NCBI GenBank assembly: GCA_001662655.1
Contig: KV460218.1
DNA from: Pseudogymnoascus verrucosus
Taxonomy: Eukaryota
Strand: one strand, 5' to 3'
DNA length: 64,000 bases
Position numbers and translations under genes: made by a program. The notes below the pieces were generated by a model. It was given only the letters and a program-made list of their open reading frames with translations. It was not told the DNA's origin and did no database searches. Shown here piece by piece: positions 22,015-37,000 of this stretch (its first letter is position 1; each line of letters begins with the position of its first letter).

Positions 22015-24173
22015 GGTGGACTCTGGTCATTACAGGGCGCAAGCCTGCGACAGCCTTGCGACAGACTTTATGCCTTTACTATCGCTCTCTATCAATATTA
22101 AAGCACTGTTAGTGTCACTTCCATATCATGGCTTCTAAAAGACCTCTGCAAAGAGTCGTTAAGGGTTATGGTGTTCAAGTTACGTCGATTAAATTGAGGT
22201 GTTGATCAGGCTTGCCCATCCATCGAATGAGCCTCACATGACGATGCAGGGATACATACCTTCTTATGACTAATCATACAGGACGACAAGGCTTACTTTT
22301 CGGATTCAAGAAATGTGCCTTGCCTCTGATAATTTACCGGTGATGGACGACCACTCTCCCCTTTAACTATGCCTCTCTCTACCATCGCTCCTCTCTCCTA
22401 ACATTCTTAGACCTACCACGCTCATTGTTCAACGCTTAGTCACTTCTACCCCAAAATAACACCAAGAGTGCCCAGACAAATACACACCATGGATAGGGCG
22501 CATCATTCGCATTATTTCGATGTTATGGCTTTGCATTATGAGATATCCCTCAGCTGGAGACGTTGAACTTATGTAGTAAACACTGCGACTTGGCTGCGCT
22601 CTTACATTACTGGTATTCATGGCGTAGCCTCTTAAGTATGAAAGAGCTTGTCACAGTGGAAAGGAGACCCGCCGCAGAAGATGGCGAAAAGATGAGGCAA
22701 AAGTGAGAGATATATAACAGAAACATAGATATGGGGCGGGGTTTCGCATACTTCGCGGCGGATGTGAGTGAGTTATATTCAGTACGCCGAGTTTAATACG
22801 TGGAATAGCAACAAAACGATGTAGTGTTCCGCCGAAGTTGCTATTCAACGGGACTGGTGTTGACAACAGGTCTTGGTAATGCAGTAGAGCCTCGTTGTAA
22901 GAAAAGCCTTCGGGTCTGCATTGTAAACCCTTATATACAGGACTACGGTACTGTGCTTCCATAATATCTGGAGCTATCGGAGACGACATGGAGGAACATA
23001 CTGTATATATCGGCTTATTATCATGGTTATTATCCCTAGTACGTAGACACGAAAGCTAGGGACGCCTCAAGATCAAGTGAGGGGCTTCGAGACTATGAGA
23101 TCGACACCTCAAGATCGGCTCTAAGAAACCAAATCTACCCGCCCGACTCTTAGACTAACAAATCCCCTAGACACACCTAACCCCCCCCTAGACTAATTCA
23201 AACCTACACCATCCCATAATAGCCCGTAATCGGCTAAAACAACGTAATTATTTAAGACAGTCCAGCAAGACTGGGAAATTTCGAATGCTGGCAGCCGTAA
23301 ATTGAACTCGAGACTCAGATGTTATATAGACAGGAAATTGCCGAACGATGCAGACGATCAATGATAGTTAACACGGAGGAAACATGTAAGTACTTTTGTA
23401 TTTGTATCAGGTAATGGGGCAAGATTAAGTTAAGTTATCACATTGGAGAAATGTCGTTGAGTTAAGGAATCAGATGGTCACTATAGTGGAACCGGGGTGG
23501 CCCGTGGCCGCTGGTCCGGATCCAAAGTCACACCTAGACCGGTGAGGCCCAGCGAATTTCGACCTTGGCCCTTGCCAATTCTGTAAATTGCCGCTTTAGA
23601 TTCACATCAAGGCTGTTGATTGCGGATCCTGCTGCGAAATAATAAGCTGCAGGAGTCGGCACAGAACCATATTGTGTAGTGGAAGAAAAAGGAGATGAAG
23701 AGTAATGATGACGACAGCACGTACACTCAAGTAGCAGACGAGGCGTTCCTTAAAAAATAAAATCACTTAACGCTGGCGGTTACTAGCAACTTAATGATGT
23801 GCCAGCAGTATTGGCTGCGGCAATAGGGTGCTTAGGATGCGCTGGATGACGTACAAGCGTACTACAAGGGACATTTTCTGTCTTCAATTATATTCTTGTT
23901 TCACTGAGGTGTCTTCGATATTTGTTTTGTATATATCTATATAACAAGTACTTTCTAGTAACGAGTAAAATTACAATCCCGCTACCTTCACTGAATGGAA
24001 CATTTCATCGGCAGGCCACAGGGGCCATCTGTAGTCTCTTCACCTTTCCGTTGGACCGTAGCTCTTTTGTGGGCGTCATCGCCTGCTGCCCTCACATTCT
24101 GACCTCTGTTGTTCGATTCCACCGCGTTCGAGCTGTCTCCAGTGGCAACAGTTCTACTCGGTGGTGCAGCTAG

Positions 24174-24973
24174 TCACGCGAAGTTAACCTTGTTGAGCGT
24201 GTTTCCAAAGCTCTCCCCCTGGATAGTTGCGATTTCTAATTCCAGGGGCGTTGGCTGTCTGGATCCATCGGATGCCTGGTAAGCGCCACACATGTCAGTT
24301 TAATCCTCATCATGGCGCAGATAGCATAGTTCCTTACCGCGAAAGTTCCAGCTCCCCAAGGAGAGCCTCCGTGAACCTCGGTCAGTCTCGAGATCTGCTC
24401 AAAGGCAGTCTTGTATCCGAGAGGGACGTAGACGATGCCGTGGTGTGCAAGCGTAGACATGGCGGAAATCACAGTGCTCTCCTGCCCACCGCCAGGTCCG
24501 GCAGTAGAGACGAAGACACCCGCATACTTGCCCCACAGAGCTCCGGATGCCCATAGTCCGCCGGTGGCATCCCAGAAGCTCTTCCACTGCCCCGGGAAGT
24601 TTCCGTAACGAGTTGGGATACCAATCAAGAACGCATCATAAGTCGCGAGAATTTCGGGGGTGATAATTGGGACATTTGGTTTAGCAGGAGCGTACATCTT
24701 CGTAAGCACCTCTTGTGGCAGGGTCTCTGGAACTCTATGGGGAAGATGCGGTAAGCATGTGGTACTGTACCAGGGATATGACTTTGTCCTTACTGATATA
24801 AATCGGCAACAATGCCAGCTTTCTTGAGACCTTCCTGCTCGGCAACCGCCAGCGTGTGGACGTGCCCATACATAGAGTACTAGAAACGAGGAAGATGTCA
24901 ATTCATGTCGTCATATCAGAACTGGGAGGCGGCGGTGGGAACGTACGAAGACAATTGCTACTTTAGGCGCCAT
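24174..24973 (-). CDS. Flavodoxin-like NAD(P)H:quinone oxidoreductase (WrbA/Pst2/Ycp4 family), multi-exon
   Basis: [53 protein letters not shown]. Confidence 0.92.
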
Positions 24974-25701
24974 TTTGATATCGGTTGTGGTGGAGATGGG
25001 GATCGTTGTGTGTTTTTATTTATTGTTGACTAGGCGGGATGATGGTATAGTGGAGGATATGCATAGGAAGGTGGGATGCGACGGCATTATATACTAATTC
25101 CCCCTCCATGGGATAATGTGGGGCACGACAACAAAAACAACAAAAACGAGTATACCTAAGTTCAACCCACTGAGGTGCTTGCCGCTCCAGTATCGTATAA
25201 TGAGTTGTGCGTTAGGTCCTTTGTAAGTGATTACAAGATTATATATCGTGGATTGCACATCATCAGTCAGCCTCTTTCCGTCTGCCCCACCTTACATAAT
25301 GCCAAACGGTGATGACTGAACCTACAGTACAACGGAGTCAGGGCCAAAAGTAGTTCGTATGGGTCTGTGCTCAAATTTCAGTAAACGAGTGTCTTTTTGT
25401 ATGGGAAAAAGCACAGACCCGTACGTATACTTATGGCGCCGTACTGTAAGTACCCTACACAGCCGCCGGAACGTCGTTGCCTTCCGGCGCTGAGGTATCC
25501 AGAAACGCAGACGTGGAGGCACCGTACCTGGTACCACCCGAACCAAAAGTCATTTCTCAAAAATCATTAATAAGAAATCTCATAGGCCCAGTTAATCCAA
25601 ACTATGTCTTTGGGTCTTTCAATTAAATTTTTTATTAACATAAGTAGTTATACTAAGCAACAGTAATCAACACGAAAAAAACCCCTCCTTAGCAATCAAT
25701 T

Positions 25702-26857
25702 ATGGATCCTACAGAGGTAAACGTCCCAGATGTCAAGGACATGAATATCGATAACATCACCCAAAACACCATCCTCATAAACTCCCAATGCGAAAGCGAG
25801 CGAGTCAAATATCTCTTCGAGCGCCTCGTCACGCATCTCCACGACTTTGCCCGCGAGACTAGGCTTAGTACACAAGAATGGAAAGCCGCCCTCGACTTCC
25901 TCGTTACCGTCGGGCAGATCAGCAGCGATGACCGACATGTAAATCCTTTTCCCAATCTTCGTTTTCTTTGGCAGAATGCAACCTAACACAGCAACTCAGG
26001 AATTCATCCTTCTCTCCGACATCCTCGGCCTCTCTCTCCTCGTTGACGCAATCGACCACCCTAAGCCCCCCTCCAGCACTGAAGGTTCCGTCCTCGGGCC
26101 ATTCCACAGCCATAAAGCCGAGGTCGTCCCCTCCGGCAGCGACATCTCGTCTGACCCCAAAGGCAGGCCCTGCCTTGTGCTCTGCACCATCAAAGACCCG
26201 TCCGGGGCGCCGATCGAGGGCGTCAAAATCGACATCTGGGAGACGGACAGCAGCGGGCACTACGATGTACAGTATGCGGAGCACGATCGCCCCGATGGGC
26301 GCTGTGTCATGACGAGCGATGAGGAAGGCAGATTCTGGTTCAACGCGATCGTGCCGGTCAGCTATCCGATTCCGCATGATGGGCCAGTAGGAAAGTTGCT
26401 CAAGCTCCTGAAAAGACATCCGTGGAGGCCGGCGCACATGCATTTTATGTTCGAAAAGGAGGGTTGGGATCATTTGATTACGTGAGTCTGGTCCGCTTTC
26501 TATCACTCCTTCACGTTGTCGCTGAGAGACGGACGCGAGAATTCTCAATTATAGCGTGGGCTGATCTTCTATATATGTAGGGCATTATATATCCACCCAG
26601 ACCCCTATCTCACATCGGACGCCGTCTTCGGGGTGAAGGACTCCCTGATCGAAAGTCTTGGAAGTGTCTCCGCGGAGCAGGCAAAGGCGTACGGAGTTCG
26701 AGAAGGCACGGCGCTGATATCGCGTGATTTCGTACTGGTGTCGGACGACGAGACGCAGCGGTTGAGGGATAGCAATGCACTAGCGGCGATGGCGGATTTG
26801 TTTCCAGGTAAGAAGATCAAGTTGCTTGATCATTTACCTGTGCCTGATCTCGATTGA
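25702..26857 (+). CDS. Intradiol ring-cleavage dioxygenase, hydroxyquinol 1,2-dioxygenase type; two introns
   Basis: EFILLSDILG, TEGSVLGPF, GHYDVQY, YPIPHDGPVG, WRPAHMHF, YLTSDAVFGVK (Tyr/Tyr/His/His iron ligands). Confidence 0.92.
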
Positions 26858-28058
26858 GCCGTATCATCTTTGTCGGCGTTACGCTCATAAACATCCTATC
26901 AAGATAACTCTAAGCAACTGTCCATAATCAATGTGATAACTGCCCATATATCATCCGTAGATCGAGCGCGTTGTCATCCAAATCTACGTAAATCATGAAC
27001 ACTCACCTCGCCACCCCCCATCCACAAACACATCCACGCAAGACATTTCCTCAACGGCCATACTACCCCCCTCTTGACATCTCCCTCACACCCATCCCAT
27101 AGCGCGTGCTAGCAACCCCGCTTCTCTGCCCGTGGGCGTTCAGCCACGGCGCGTTCAGCCACCCGGTTTCGCGGGGTGCCCGGAAGCATTCAGGCAGCAT
27201 CCCAGCATTTATTGACGCCGGACGTGCTCCTGACAGGACCGTGCCATATGTCCGGACTCCGACTTTGGAGCTCAATCCCGGCGCTGGCATGGCTGATGCG
27301 ATAGGTCGTTAATTCCACTCCGCAATGAGTGCGGGGATGGCTGATGGATGCTATATGCTAGGACTAAGCAAAAAAACGCCGTCTAGTTGTGGGGAGGGCG
27401 GGCATGCTAGTACCGGAGGAAGTTCACTGTGTAATGATACGGCTATGGTGTACGAGTCTGGGAGTTACGCCATGGAGCAAGAGTGCTCTGCTGCTTGCCT
27501 ACGGCTTGCTATCTGCGCCTCGTCGCTAATCGCCGCATGGCTCTGTGGCGGAGAAGTATGGGCGATGTACCACTGTTGAATATGTTTAGAGACACCATCG
27601 CTGTTACCGCGGGATGCAAGCCTTTTTTATCAGAGCCTCCTTTCTTTTAACGGACTTGTACGACACGACGACAATAATTGCACTATAGCCTATACATTAT
27701 TTGTATCGCGTATTTCTTACTCAAATCAACCATGGTACTTGTGATAGGTGGCGGCATCGCAAGTACTCACACCCTAGAGGAGAGTGAGGGATAAGGGAAT
27801 GTAACAGCGAGCGAATGTCTCCCTTCAGCCCATAAATTCCGGATTATAAGTCTGATTATAAATCTCTGTCATTTTGTTGAGATGATTAATAAAATTTCCA
27901 ATTATACACATGCTCTGAATCTCTAACAAATAAAGACACTTTCTGTTTGGTGGCTATTATCCACCATTAAATCCGCTCACACTATATGTCAAGTCTCGGG
28001 AAAAGATGTAAATTCAACAACCTAAGTAGCCTCATCAATAATACACTCAAATATTCCT

Positions 28059-29897
28059 CTAACTCGTCTTAAAGTGTGGTTGCCCAGCCCAAGCCCGCAG
28101 CTCCTTTCCATATCGTTGCAGGATTAATATGATGATGAATCCCGCAGCGCAGATACCGGCTTGAGTGCCGAAAGATTTCCTGGTGCCTTGTTCGTTGGCC
28201 CAGGTGACCTTTTTTACAATTAGTTTTTGGAACTGAAAGCGAGAATTCGCGTCATACGTACCTGGAAGTATGAAATAATAAAGCCACCCGCAGTACGTGC
28301 AAAGTTGACCCATGATGCGACTTCTCCCGAGGCCTGGAAAGAGATGTTAGCGCCTGAAAAGGAATTGTAGGAATGGTTTGCCGTCTCACCTCGGGATACG
28401 AGTCTAGGTTGTAAGCATTGACACCGACAGTGGCGATCATAACGCCAAAAACATACAGTCCCCATCCAACAGAGGTCACCATATAGTGATATTTCTCTTC
28501 CAAGCAAAATCCGAGAAGGACCAAACCCGCAATAATGAATGGCGTGCTAACCCAGATAACATTGAGGCGAGCCTCGGGCTCAAAAATACCATGGTTGCGT
28601 TTCATCGACAGGCGAGCGACGAAATCATGAAGCCAATGCCCGGCCAATTCCCCGAGAAGAGCGGCGACAACGGGAGTGAAGTAAAAAAAACCTGTGGTGA
28701 TCAGCAATGCAGACGGAAGGAACCCAAGACTGCGCTTACCAATCTGCTTAGGTCCAAAGCTGTACAATGGAGTCAAGAAGATTGAGAGCGTGGTGTTAAT
28801 TCCGACAACCCAGGCAAATGTAAGCATGTAGTAAACGACGGTCAAAAATACCGGCAGCTTGCTGATGGCAATGAAAGGTCGTAGGAGAGCTTGGGTGATG
28901 GTGTTGCGATGCCTACGACCCTTCCATTGAGCGATGCCGAGCATGCGGCTGACGTGAGAGCCGCGCGCCGGTTGCGCGTCTATAGGAATTCGGCGATCGT
29001 AGTATGTTTCGTCCGCGAATATCATGATCAAAATGAGGCAGAGGCCAGTCATTATAGTATAAAGACCGAATGCCCATTGCCATTTGACGGTATCAATTAT
29101 GAACGCTGTGAACATGGGTCCGAAGTAAGGCGAGAGAATGATGAATGCGGACCAGATGTTGATTTTTCGGGCGTGCTCATGGAAGAAGTACATGTCCTTA
29201 ATGAACATGAGCCCACCACCTTGCGCTACTGTTGAGAAGAAGCCATTGAGGATACGAGCGGCCATGAAGGAAGGAAAGGTCGTTGCTGCTGCACACCAGG
29301 CTGCAGTTCCTACAGCCAAGGCGATAAAGTAGAAGAGAACCGGATATCTTCCAAAGTATGCAGAGAGAGCAACTGCTACCACGCCACCAGCGCCGAGCAT
29401 GAACACGTTGCCTACTTGAGAGTGGTTGATCTCGTCTGGAGTCATACCCCAGGCTCTGAGCATACCGTTAGGATCAGCATGTGGACAAGTAACTGTCAAA
29501 ACAGGATGGCAATTGCTTACGCAGCTTGCGGCAAGAGAGTGACAGCACCAACGGCAGATCCAAAATCTGGCAGGAAAGCTACACAAAGTCAGTACCGTGA
29601 ACTAAAACCTCACTAGCGAATACTGGTCATACCAGTACAAGATATCACAAAGAGAATAACGTTCTTCTTTGTCTGACTCCAGTTTAATGGATCATTGGGG
29701 TCATCGCTAGGTTGGGGGACGAGGGTTGTACGGCCATCAGAGCTGGTTTTGAGATGCCCGGTGTCAACGTGGCCGAGCTCAGGGTTGAGAACGTAGCCCT
29801 CAAGCTCACCGAGCTTATCTAGGTCGACGACAGTTTCAACATGGTTGGTCAATTTCTCATCTACACTATGACCAAAGTCCTTTCCGTTGTAGGACAT
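28059..29897 (-). CDS. MFS transporter, multi-exon
   Basis: PQPSDDPNDPLNWS, YFGRYPV, MAARILNGFFS, EPEARL, many hydrophobic helices. Confidence 0.9.
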
Positions 29898-31129
29898 AGC
29901 GGTGATATGGGATCGTCTCTCGTTTCTAGAAATTGGATGCGCTGCGTCGATGAAGGACGAGGGGGGAAATTGGACAAGATTAAAGCACAGATGCTTAAAG
30001 GGAAAAGGGGAAGAATGTTGATGACTTTCTGGGGTTTCCTCAGATGCGTTTGGAAGAATGAGTCGAAGAGCGAGGAGGAATGGATCTCATATTTTAGAGA
30101 TCCGGAAGGCATGGGGCCCCACACTACACTTCTGATAGTTAATGCGGGGGACCCGGCTAGCTTGAGATATTTACGTAGCTTGTCTCGAAGCACATGGTTA
30201 CCCCGCAAGTGTGGAGGAGAAGTGCGCACTAATTGACGCTGCAGGCTATATCATAGTTTATCAAATGAGAATTACATGTAAGTTAGTGGGTTAATAATAA
30301 TCGATCCGTGTAAGAGTATTGTAGGAAGGTCCGTTAACGGATTCGATGTATCTCTTTGCTCCAACGCCTCCTTTCCTTGCATTTAGGTCACCTGTCGTGT
30401 AAAGTAAGTTTGTACGTATACCAAAGTAGAATGAATTCTAAATCAATTGTGCCGCTGTGTGTCGAAGTTGCTTGCATAGCATGGTTCGAGAGCGTGCCCG
30501 TATAGAGTTTATTAGTCATCTGTTTGATCTGGGTACTTACATCATTACCTAGAGTTGTGCCTGTCTGTCCGGAAGGCATCCATTGTCTAACTGTTGCGGG
30601 GATCACTACCGGCAGCGCTAGACACCCCTGCCGGCCGATTGAAGCCCCGTCTCCAAAATCGTCAAAACTCGCAGCCACTAGCCAACCGGACAAATGAGCC
30701 ACAAAATGCGAAAGATGGAGACGCCGAAGAGGTAACCACGGAGTACGAATGCATAGGAAAGGCTTGACTAGAAGGACTGATGGCTGGGCCGGGATCGCAA
30801 CGGTGTAAACTGCCGATTGACGGAGGAGACAGCGTCGAGAAGGAAGGCCTGACCGCAACATCTACCTGCACATCCGGAAAGAGCATATACACGACGGGCC
30901 ATGGGTCATCGACCCCTCAGTTTCCCGGATGTCTGCTTTGCAACTTTCCGGGGAACTGTGGGGGTCTCAAATTCACAGGTCAGCCATGACAAAGCGCGTC
31001 GCGCATAGGAGCTGTTAAAGATCTCGCCAACAACTAATCTTATTTATTTTTTGACGAATCAACCTTCCTTTTGCTGGCCTTGCTGTTCTCATATTGTAAC
31101 CCTTCTATTAAACTCTGCAAAATCCTACA

Positions 31130-33387
31130 ATGCCAGTCTTCACTGAGACATCAAGCTCATGGCGCGATCTTCGCATTTTGCCATCCTTTGCACCTCCCCT
31201 TCCTCGGCTGACCCCGCCGTTAGTAAGAAATGTAGTCGAGGAAGCAGAAAGATACGAAGTTGTTGTGATCGGAGTAAGTCAAAAGCTGACGATGTGTCGT
31301 GGCAGCTGGACTGACGCAACCAACCCCTAGGCAGGACCAGCAGGCCTATTTCTCACTACTTTACTCGCCCGTTATGGACTGTCTGACGAGTCTATGATCT
31401 GCTTCGATTCCAAACCTGGAACCTTGAAAGCTGGTCAAGCTGATGGTCTCCAACCGCGCACACTCGAGGTCTTTCAAAGTCTCAATCTCGCAACCGAAAT
31501 ATTAACAGAGAGCTGTCATATGACAGAGGTAGCTTTCTGGAACCCCAAAAGCAATTCAGCCGACGCTCCGACAAATGGATCCAACGGTGCCAAAGCAACC
31601 GAATCTGGCAGTAGAGGCATTGAGCGGACCTCGTTTGTACCAGACGTTGTGGTTGATGCAAGATTCAAGCATGAAATAACCATTCACCAAGGGCGCATTG
31701 AGCGGATATTGGATGAGAACCTTCACCGATACTCGAAACGGGGAATTATTCGCTCTACCGACTTCGAGCATTTTGAAATTGACGCAGCTTCTGATCCAGA
31801 GTACCCCGTCAAGATCACGCTTAGTTCCCCGATAGATGGAGCAAATAAAGGTTCCAACGCAGCGGGCCGGACTGTCCGATCCAAGTATCTGGTGGGAGCA
31901 GATGGTGCACATTCGCGCGTCCGTAAATGCATGGGCTTGAAACTTGAAGGGGAGACAACAGACCATATTTGGGGAGTATTAGACTTCGTCTGCGACACAG
32001 ACTTCCCCGACGTTCGAAAACGTTGCGCGATCCATTCTGATGCAGGATCCATTATGATCATCCCGCGGGAAAGAATAGCCACTGGCGAGTATCTCACTCG
32101 GCTTTATGTACAAATCAAGGAACAGATACCGACAGACGTCAATGAGAATGTGGAAGCCGAAGAAGCTCACAGGGCCAGCGCGAAACAACGTCGTTCTGCT
32201 ATAACCTATCAGTCTATTCTGTCGCAGGCCGAGAAAGTCATGTACCCATACAAGATTGGCGTGAAGGCTGGTACTGAACCAGATTGGTTTGCTGCGTACC
32301 AAATTGGTCAGCGAATGACACCAGAATTTACCATGAAAGATGCCGAGGGTATTGAGCGGGTATTCATTGTCGGTGATGGTAAGCTGCAGTTGCCATAAAT
32401 CTACATCATACCCATTCGGCTAATAATTTGCAAGCTTGCCACACACACAGTCCAAAAGCTGGCCAAGGCATGAATGTCTCTATGATGGACTCCTACAATC
32501 TGTCATGGAAGCTCGTACACAGCATCAACGGGCTCTCACCAAAGACGGTGAATCAGTCCGATCCAGTTCTCTCCACATTTGGCGAAGAACGCTTGACTAC
32601 AGCCAGACATCTCATTGATTTTGACACCAAGTTTTCCTCTATGTTCTCTGGCCAGATTTCTGAAGTGGGGGAGGCTACAGTGGCTGGAGGCCTGACACAC
32701 GATGACTTTCTTAAGATATTCCTGGATGGAAGTGGCTTCACAAGTGGCTGCGGTATTGAGTACCAAGAAAGCCGACTGGTGAGGAGCCCCTGCATGACTG
32801 AGGCGGGGAAAACTTTGATAGCAGGCACAGATTTCCTAGGAGGCACATTGAAGGCTGGAAGACGAGTCAACGACAGCATAGTGACGAGATTTGCGGATGC
32901 AAATCCCCGGCATCTCCAAGATGGTGAGTGCAAATATATCAATTCCATTATGTTTCCTTTCATAGCAACTAACGAAACGCTAGAACTTTCATCGATCGGA
33001 CGATACCGCATCCTTGTCTTCACAGCGCGAGACCTCGCATGTACTGGAAGCTCATCAGCAGATTGCCTCGTTCAATTATGCGACTCCATCATGCATCAAT
33101 ACCCTGCAGGAGTATTAGAGCTTCTCATCCTGTATCCTCCGCGCGAGAATCGATTCGAATGGGTTGACCTTCCCAAGTGCGTGAAACGAGATGCAGAAAT
33201 GAGAACTTTTGGTGCCAATGAGGAGGTGTATAACAAGTACGGCGTAGACACGACAAGGGGAGCCGTAGTTGTGGTTAGGCCAGATGGCTATGTGGGAACT
33301 ATATGCGCAATCGAGGATGGTGAGGGGCTTACGAGTTACCTGGATGACTGTCTTGTGCGCGTGGAAAAGACAAATGCGAGTGCATAA
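31130..33387 (+). CDS. FAD-dependent phenol 2-monooxygenase-like hydroxylase, multi-exon
   Basis: VVIG|[49 protein letters not shown], C-terminal VVRPDGYVG. Confidence 0.93.
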
Positions 33388-34070
33388 GGGAACAAAGCGC
33401 ATGACTGTATCACTGATTAGTTAGCATTGCGATTGGATAGGCGAATAATACATATTTTTCGATTAACTCAGCATTGACGTGAAAGCTGTCGGTTTGTATT
33501 AACAGCCTGGCTCCGCAGCGGTTTCCAACACAAATTGTGTAGGGAATTCAATGGTATCCCACCAGCTGGCGGTCCGCCAGCTAGACTGACGAAATTCCCA
33601 GGGGTTTTGGGTAGGCCCCTAGAACTCCTGAAATAATACGTAGGCCCATTAGATCGTATAGTAATCTAATTGATTCGTTTTATATACTCTACGGTGCTAT
33701 ATACCGTGACCGTTGTAGAGCCGCCGATCCGACTGCCGAAGTGTGAATTACTAGTCACAGGAGTACACTGGTCATATGCTCACGTGACCTCAGCGGGGCG
33801 ACTGAAATTTTGCGTGCTCTGTCAGTGCTTACAATTGGCGTTTCGCTGTGACCTGCTACCTCCACAGTTCAGTCCCACCCGTTCAAGCATGACAATTTCC
33901 TCATTAATCGTTTCATCAAGGGTTAAAACTCGCCTGTTCATTAACCTACTAATCATACTTTAGCTATCCTTTTGCTATCGATGCCTATCACTCACCAGCG
34001 AAACGACTTCATGTGACGTGCCACCCTATCAGAATCTACGACACTGCCCTGCATCTGGCTCCTGAGCACA

Positions 34071-37000
34071 ATGGAGACCACCTCTGCCTGTAATAATCAC
34101 TCGTTTCTTTGCCATTTCTCAGCAGTTCATCAGGCTGACGGGTTAAATAGCTCCTCCGCAGAATCGTAGGTCCCAGGCACGTGTGCCGCAAGCATGCCAA
34201 ATGTGCAAAATAAAAAAAACAAAGGCACGCTCAACCGGTCTATATGATGCGAATCCCTTCATGAATCAAGATTGTGGGCTGATCAGCTCATTACGTATAG
34301 TGTGGTCAGACTGTACCCTGTAAAAACTGTGAATGTATGCAGAGAGTTCTTTACAGCTTCTACGCCGGCTCAGCGACCACGGTAAGGTCGTCGGGTCGTG
34401 TATTCGCATTCGAAATTCTCTTTTGTTAAGATTTCAAGTGTTGTGCTAAGAGATGCGTAGCCCATGGCTGGACTTGTATCTACGAGAAGAAGAATCGAGG
34501 CAGTCTATCAGCGCATGGTACGAAGCGAAGCCAGGGTCAGAAGGCCGCGCTTGCAACGGACTCAGAAACTCCAGATCTAGCAGTTTTACAAGAAGTATCA
34601 GGAGCTCCAAGAGCCCAGAGTCTTTTATCTAAATCAGCAACCTTCAGCACTGCAGAATCGGGAGAAAGTATATTCTATGAAGACAACACGCCACCTGTAT
34701 CGTATACCTCACTCCGAGACAGAGAAAAAGAGCGAGACGGTAAGGCACTCTCAAGTTTAGGGGGTTAGTCTGCGCTGTGGTGGGGGATGTCGTGACGAAT
34801 CTAACTCTAGTGTAGAAGATCTTGAAACTGTCTCCGGCGAAAATTCGCAAGAGAGCGAGCCTTTACGCGATGTCAATCAGCACACGACGGGTAGAGAATA
34901 CTATGGGCGCTCGTCAAACTTCGCCCTTCTCGGACAACTGTTTGCCCATGCGCGCTCAAAGTTGTCTGCCAGTAGGAATTCCGTGCCGTGTCAACAGTCA
35001 GAATTGTTAGCAACTGCGGCTACCTCAGAAGGACCTATCCGTAACTCTGGACTCGATCCCCATCGTCCGGCAGGAGAGAGTCAGACGACCAACAAAAGTC
35101 CACTGGGAGCTGATAGGTTGTCTATCGTCAACCTACTCTACGATGATGAAACATCTGTCAGTGAACCAAATTCAAAGCTCCTCGTTGCTACGCATAAAGC
35201 AAACGTTCGACCAGACACTGCTGCTTATGTACACAGTCACCCCCAAAATAGAGATACAGATTCAAATGAATTCGCAACTACGGATGATTTTCACACTGCC
35301 AGGTTGGCAAACAAGACAGAACGAGTCGCCCCTGTTCACCCTTACAGGAGAGGGACTTTCCCAACTAATCAAGCAAGCGATAATTACGGACGAAGTCGTA
35401 CCGAGTTGGCAATAGAGAAGGAATACTTGAGAATCTTCTTCACCAATTTGTATTATATTCATCCTTTTCTTTCTCAAACGCAGTTTGAGGCACGTTGCGA
35501 AACAACGATCTGGTCACGATGGCCTTTGACGGAAATAGCCCGAGGCGACTTACATTTCGTCGCACTCTACAACGTTATTCTGGCTGTTGGTTCACTCATA
35601 GGAAGTCAGGACACATTTATGGGCCATAGGAAGCAGCTAGATCATGATCTCGGTGCTAGTCATAGTGATATGTCAACCGCTACCTCGTCTATCCAGCTTT
35701 CGAGGATCTTTCTGGATAGATCAAAAAGGTTACTTGGGGATTGCTTTGAAGTCTGCTCTTTAGAAAGCGCCCAAACACTGATGTTAATGGTAAGTCATCA
35801 CTTAGAGCTCAGCTATCTCGAACGAGAAGTTACTGATTCGAGTTTCGCTGTGGCAGTCACTGTATTGGCAGAATGCCTTGAAGCCTCATGCTTGTTATAT
35901 GTATAGTGGGATGGCTGTACGTACGGCTCTTGCCATAGGATTACCGGATGCATCGATGCCTCAATCGGTTGAATGGCGAAACTCCGCGAGAAAAACTTGG
36001 TGGTGAGTTAATTATGATCCTAACAACATTGTCCGAATGCCAAACCTCCCTGCGTCAAGCAGTACTGACAAGTTTACCTCTCGTGTAGGGCAATCTATTC
36101 TCAAGAAGTGTAAGGTTATGCCGTGTGTGTAATGGGGGGTTTTTTTTTCACAGCTGACAAGTATGTTCAAAGTGATATGTGTTGTTCCTCTGGACGAATG
36201 AGCAGTCTGTTGGATCCATCAAGCTATGATATTTCCTTCCCTGAGATCAGTGTATGCTATTCCAATTCAGCTCTATCTGAATATCGCATAAACTGACCAT
36301 GTGGGCGAGTTTAAGGGCACATCAAACTCCGCTAAAACCGACACTGAAGCAAACCACGTCGCCATCATTCCAGAAATGGTTAAATTTGCAGCGCTTCTGT
36401 TAAGAGCATCGAAAGAGATATATCATGAGGCAAAGCATCTATCCATGCTAGAAAAATCGAAGATTGCGTTTGACCTGGATTCATGCTTTACAGAATGGAG
36501 AAACAACCTTCCTTCATGGCTCGGTCCTGGTTCGAATGCTCTAAAAGAGCCTGAATGGGTTGGCAAACAAAAGCTTGTCTTAGAACTCCGTAAGCCCCTC
36601 ATCTATGCACAGTAAATGGTAGTAAATTAACGTATCTCGCAGGATATCAAAATGCCAAAATACTGCTGCATCGGCCATTCGTAGCTGCATCTGACGTTCA
36701 ACAGTCCCTTGGCTTCGGCGCCAACGTCGAAGCCTGCCTCACCGCCGCCCGTCGCACAATCAGCCTTCTCTATGAGTCCTACCTCCACCGCCACTACTTC
36801 CGTTCGTGGCGCTACAACACCACCTACACGATCTACGCCGCCACAATCATCCTATACCTGATCCTGCTCGACTACAGTGTCGTCTCCACTGAAGACCTGC
36901 TCGCTGACGTCCAGAAATCCCTCGACATCCTAGCCTCTATGGACGAGGCACGCGTTGCACGCCGCTGCTTCGACCTCATCCAGGAACTGCTGGAATTTAC

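Noticed and set aside
22651..22989. 112-aa ORF on the minus strand
   Set aside because: Partly protein-like, but I recognise no family and it lies next to relic DNA; not supportable as a gene.
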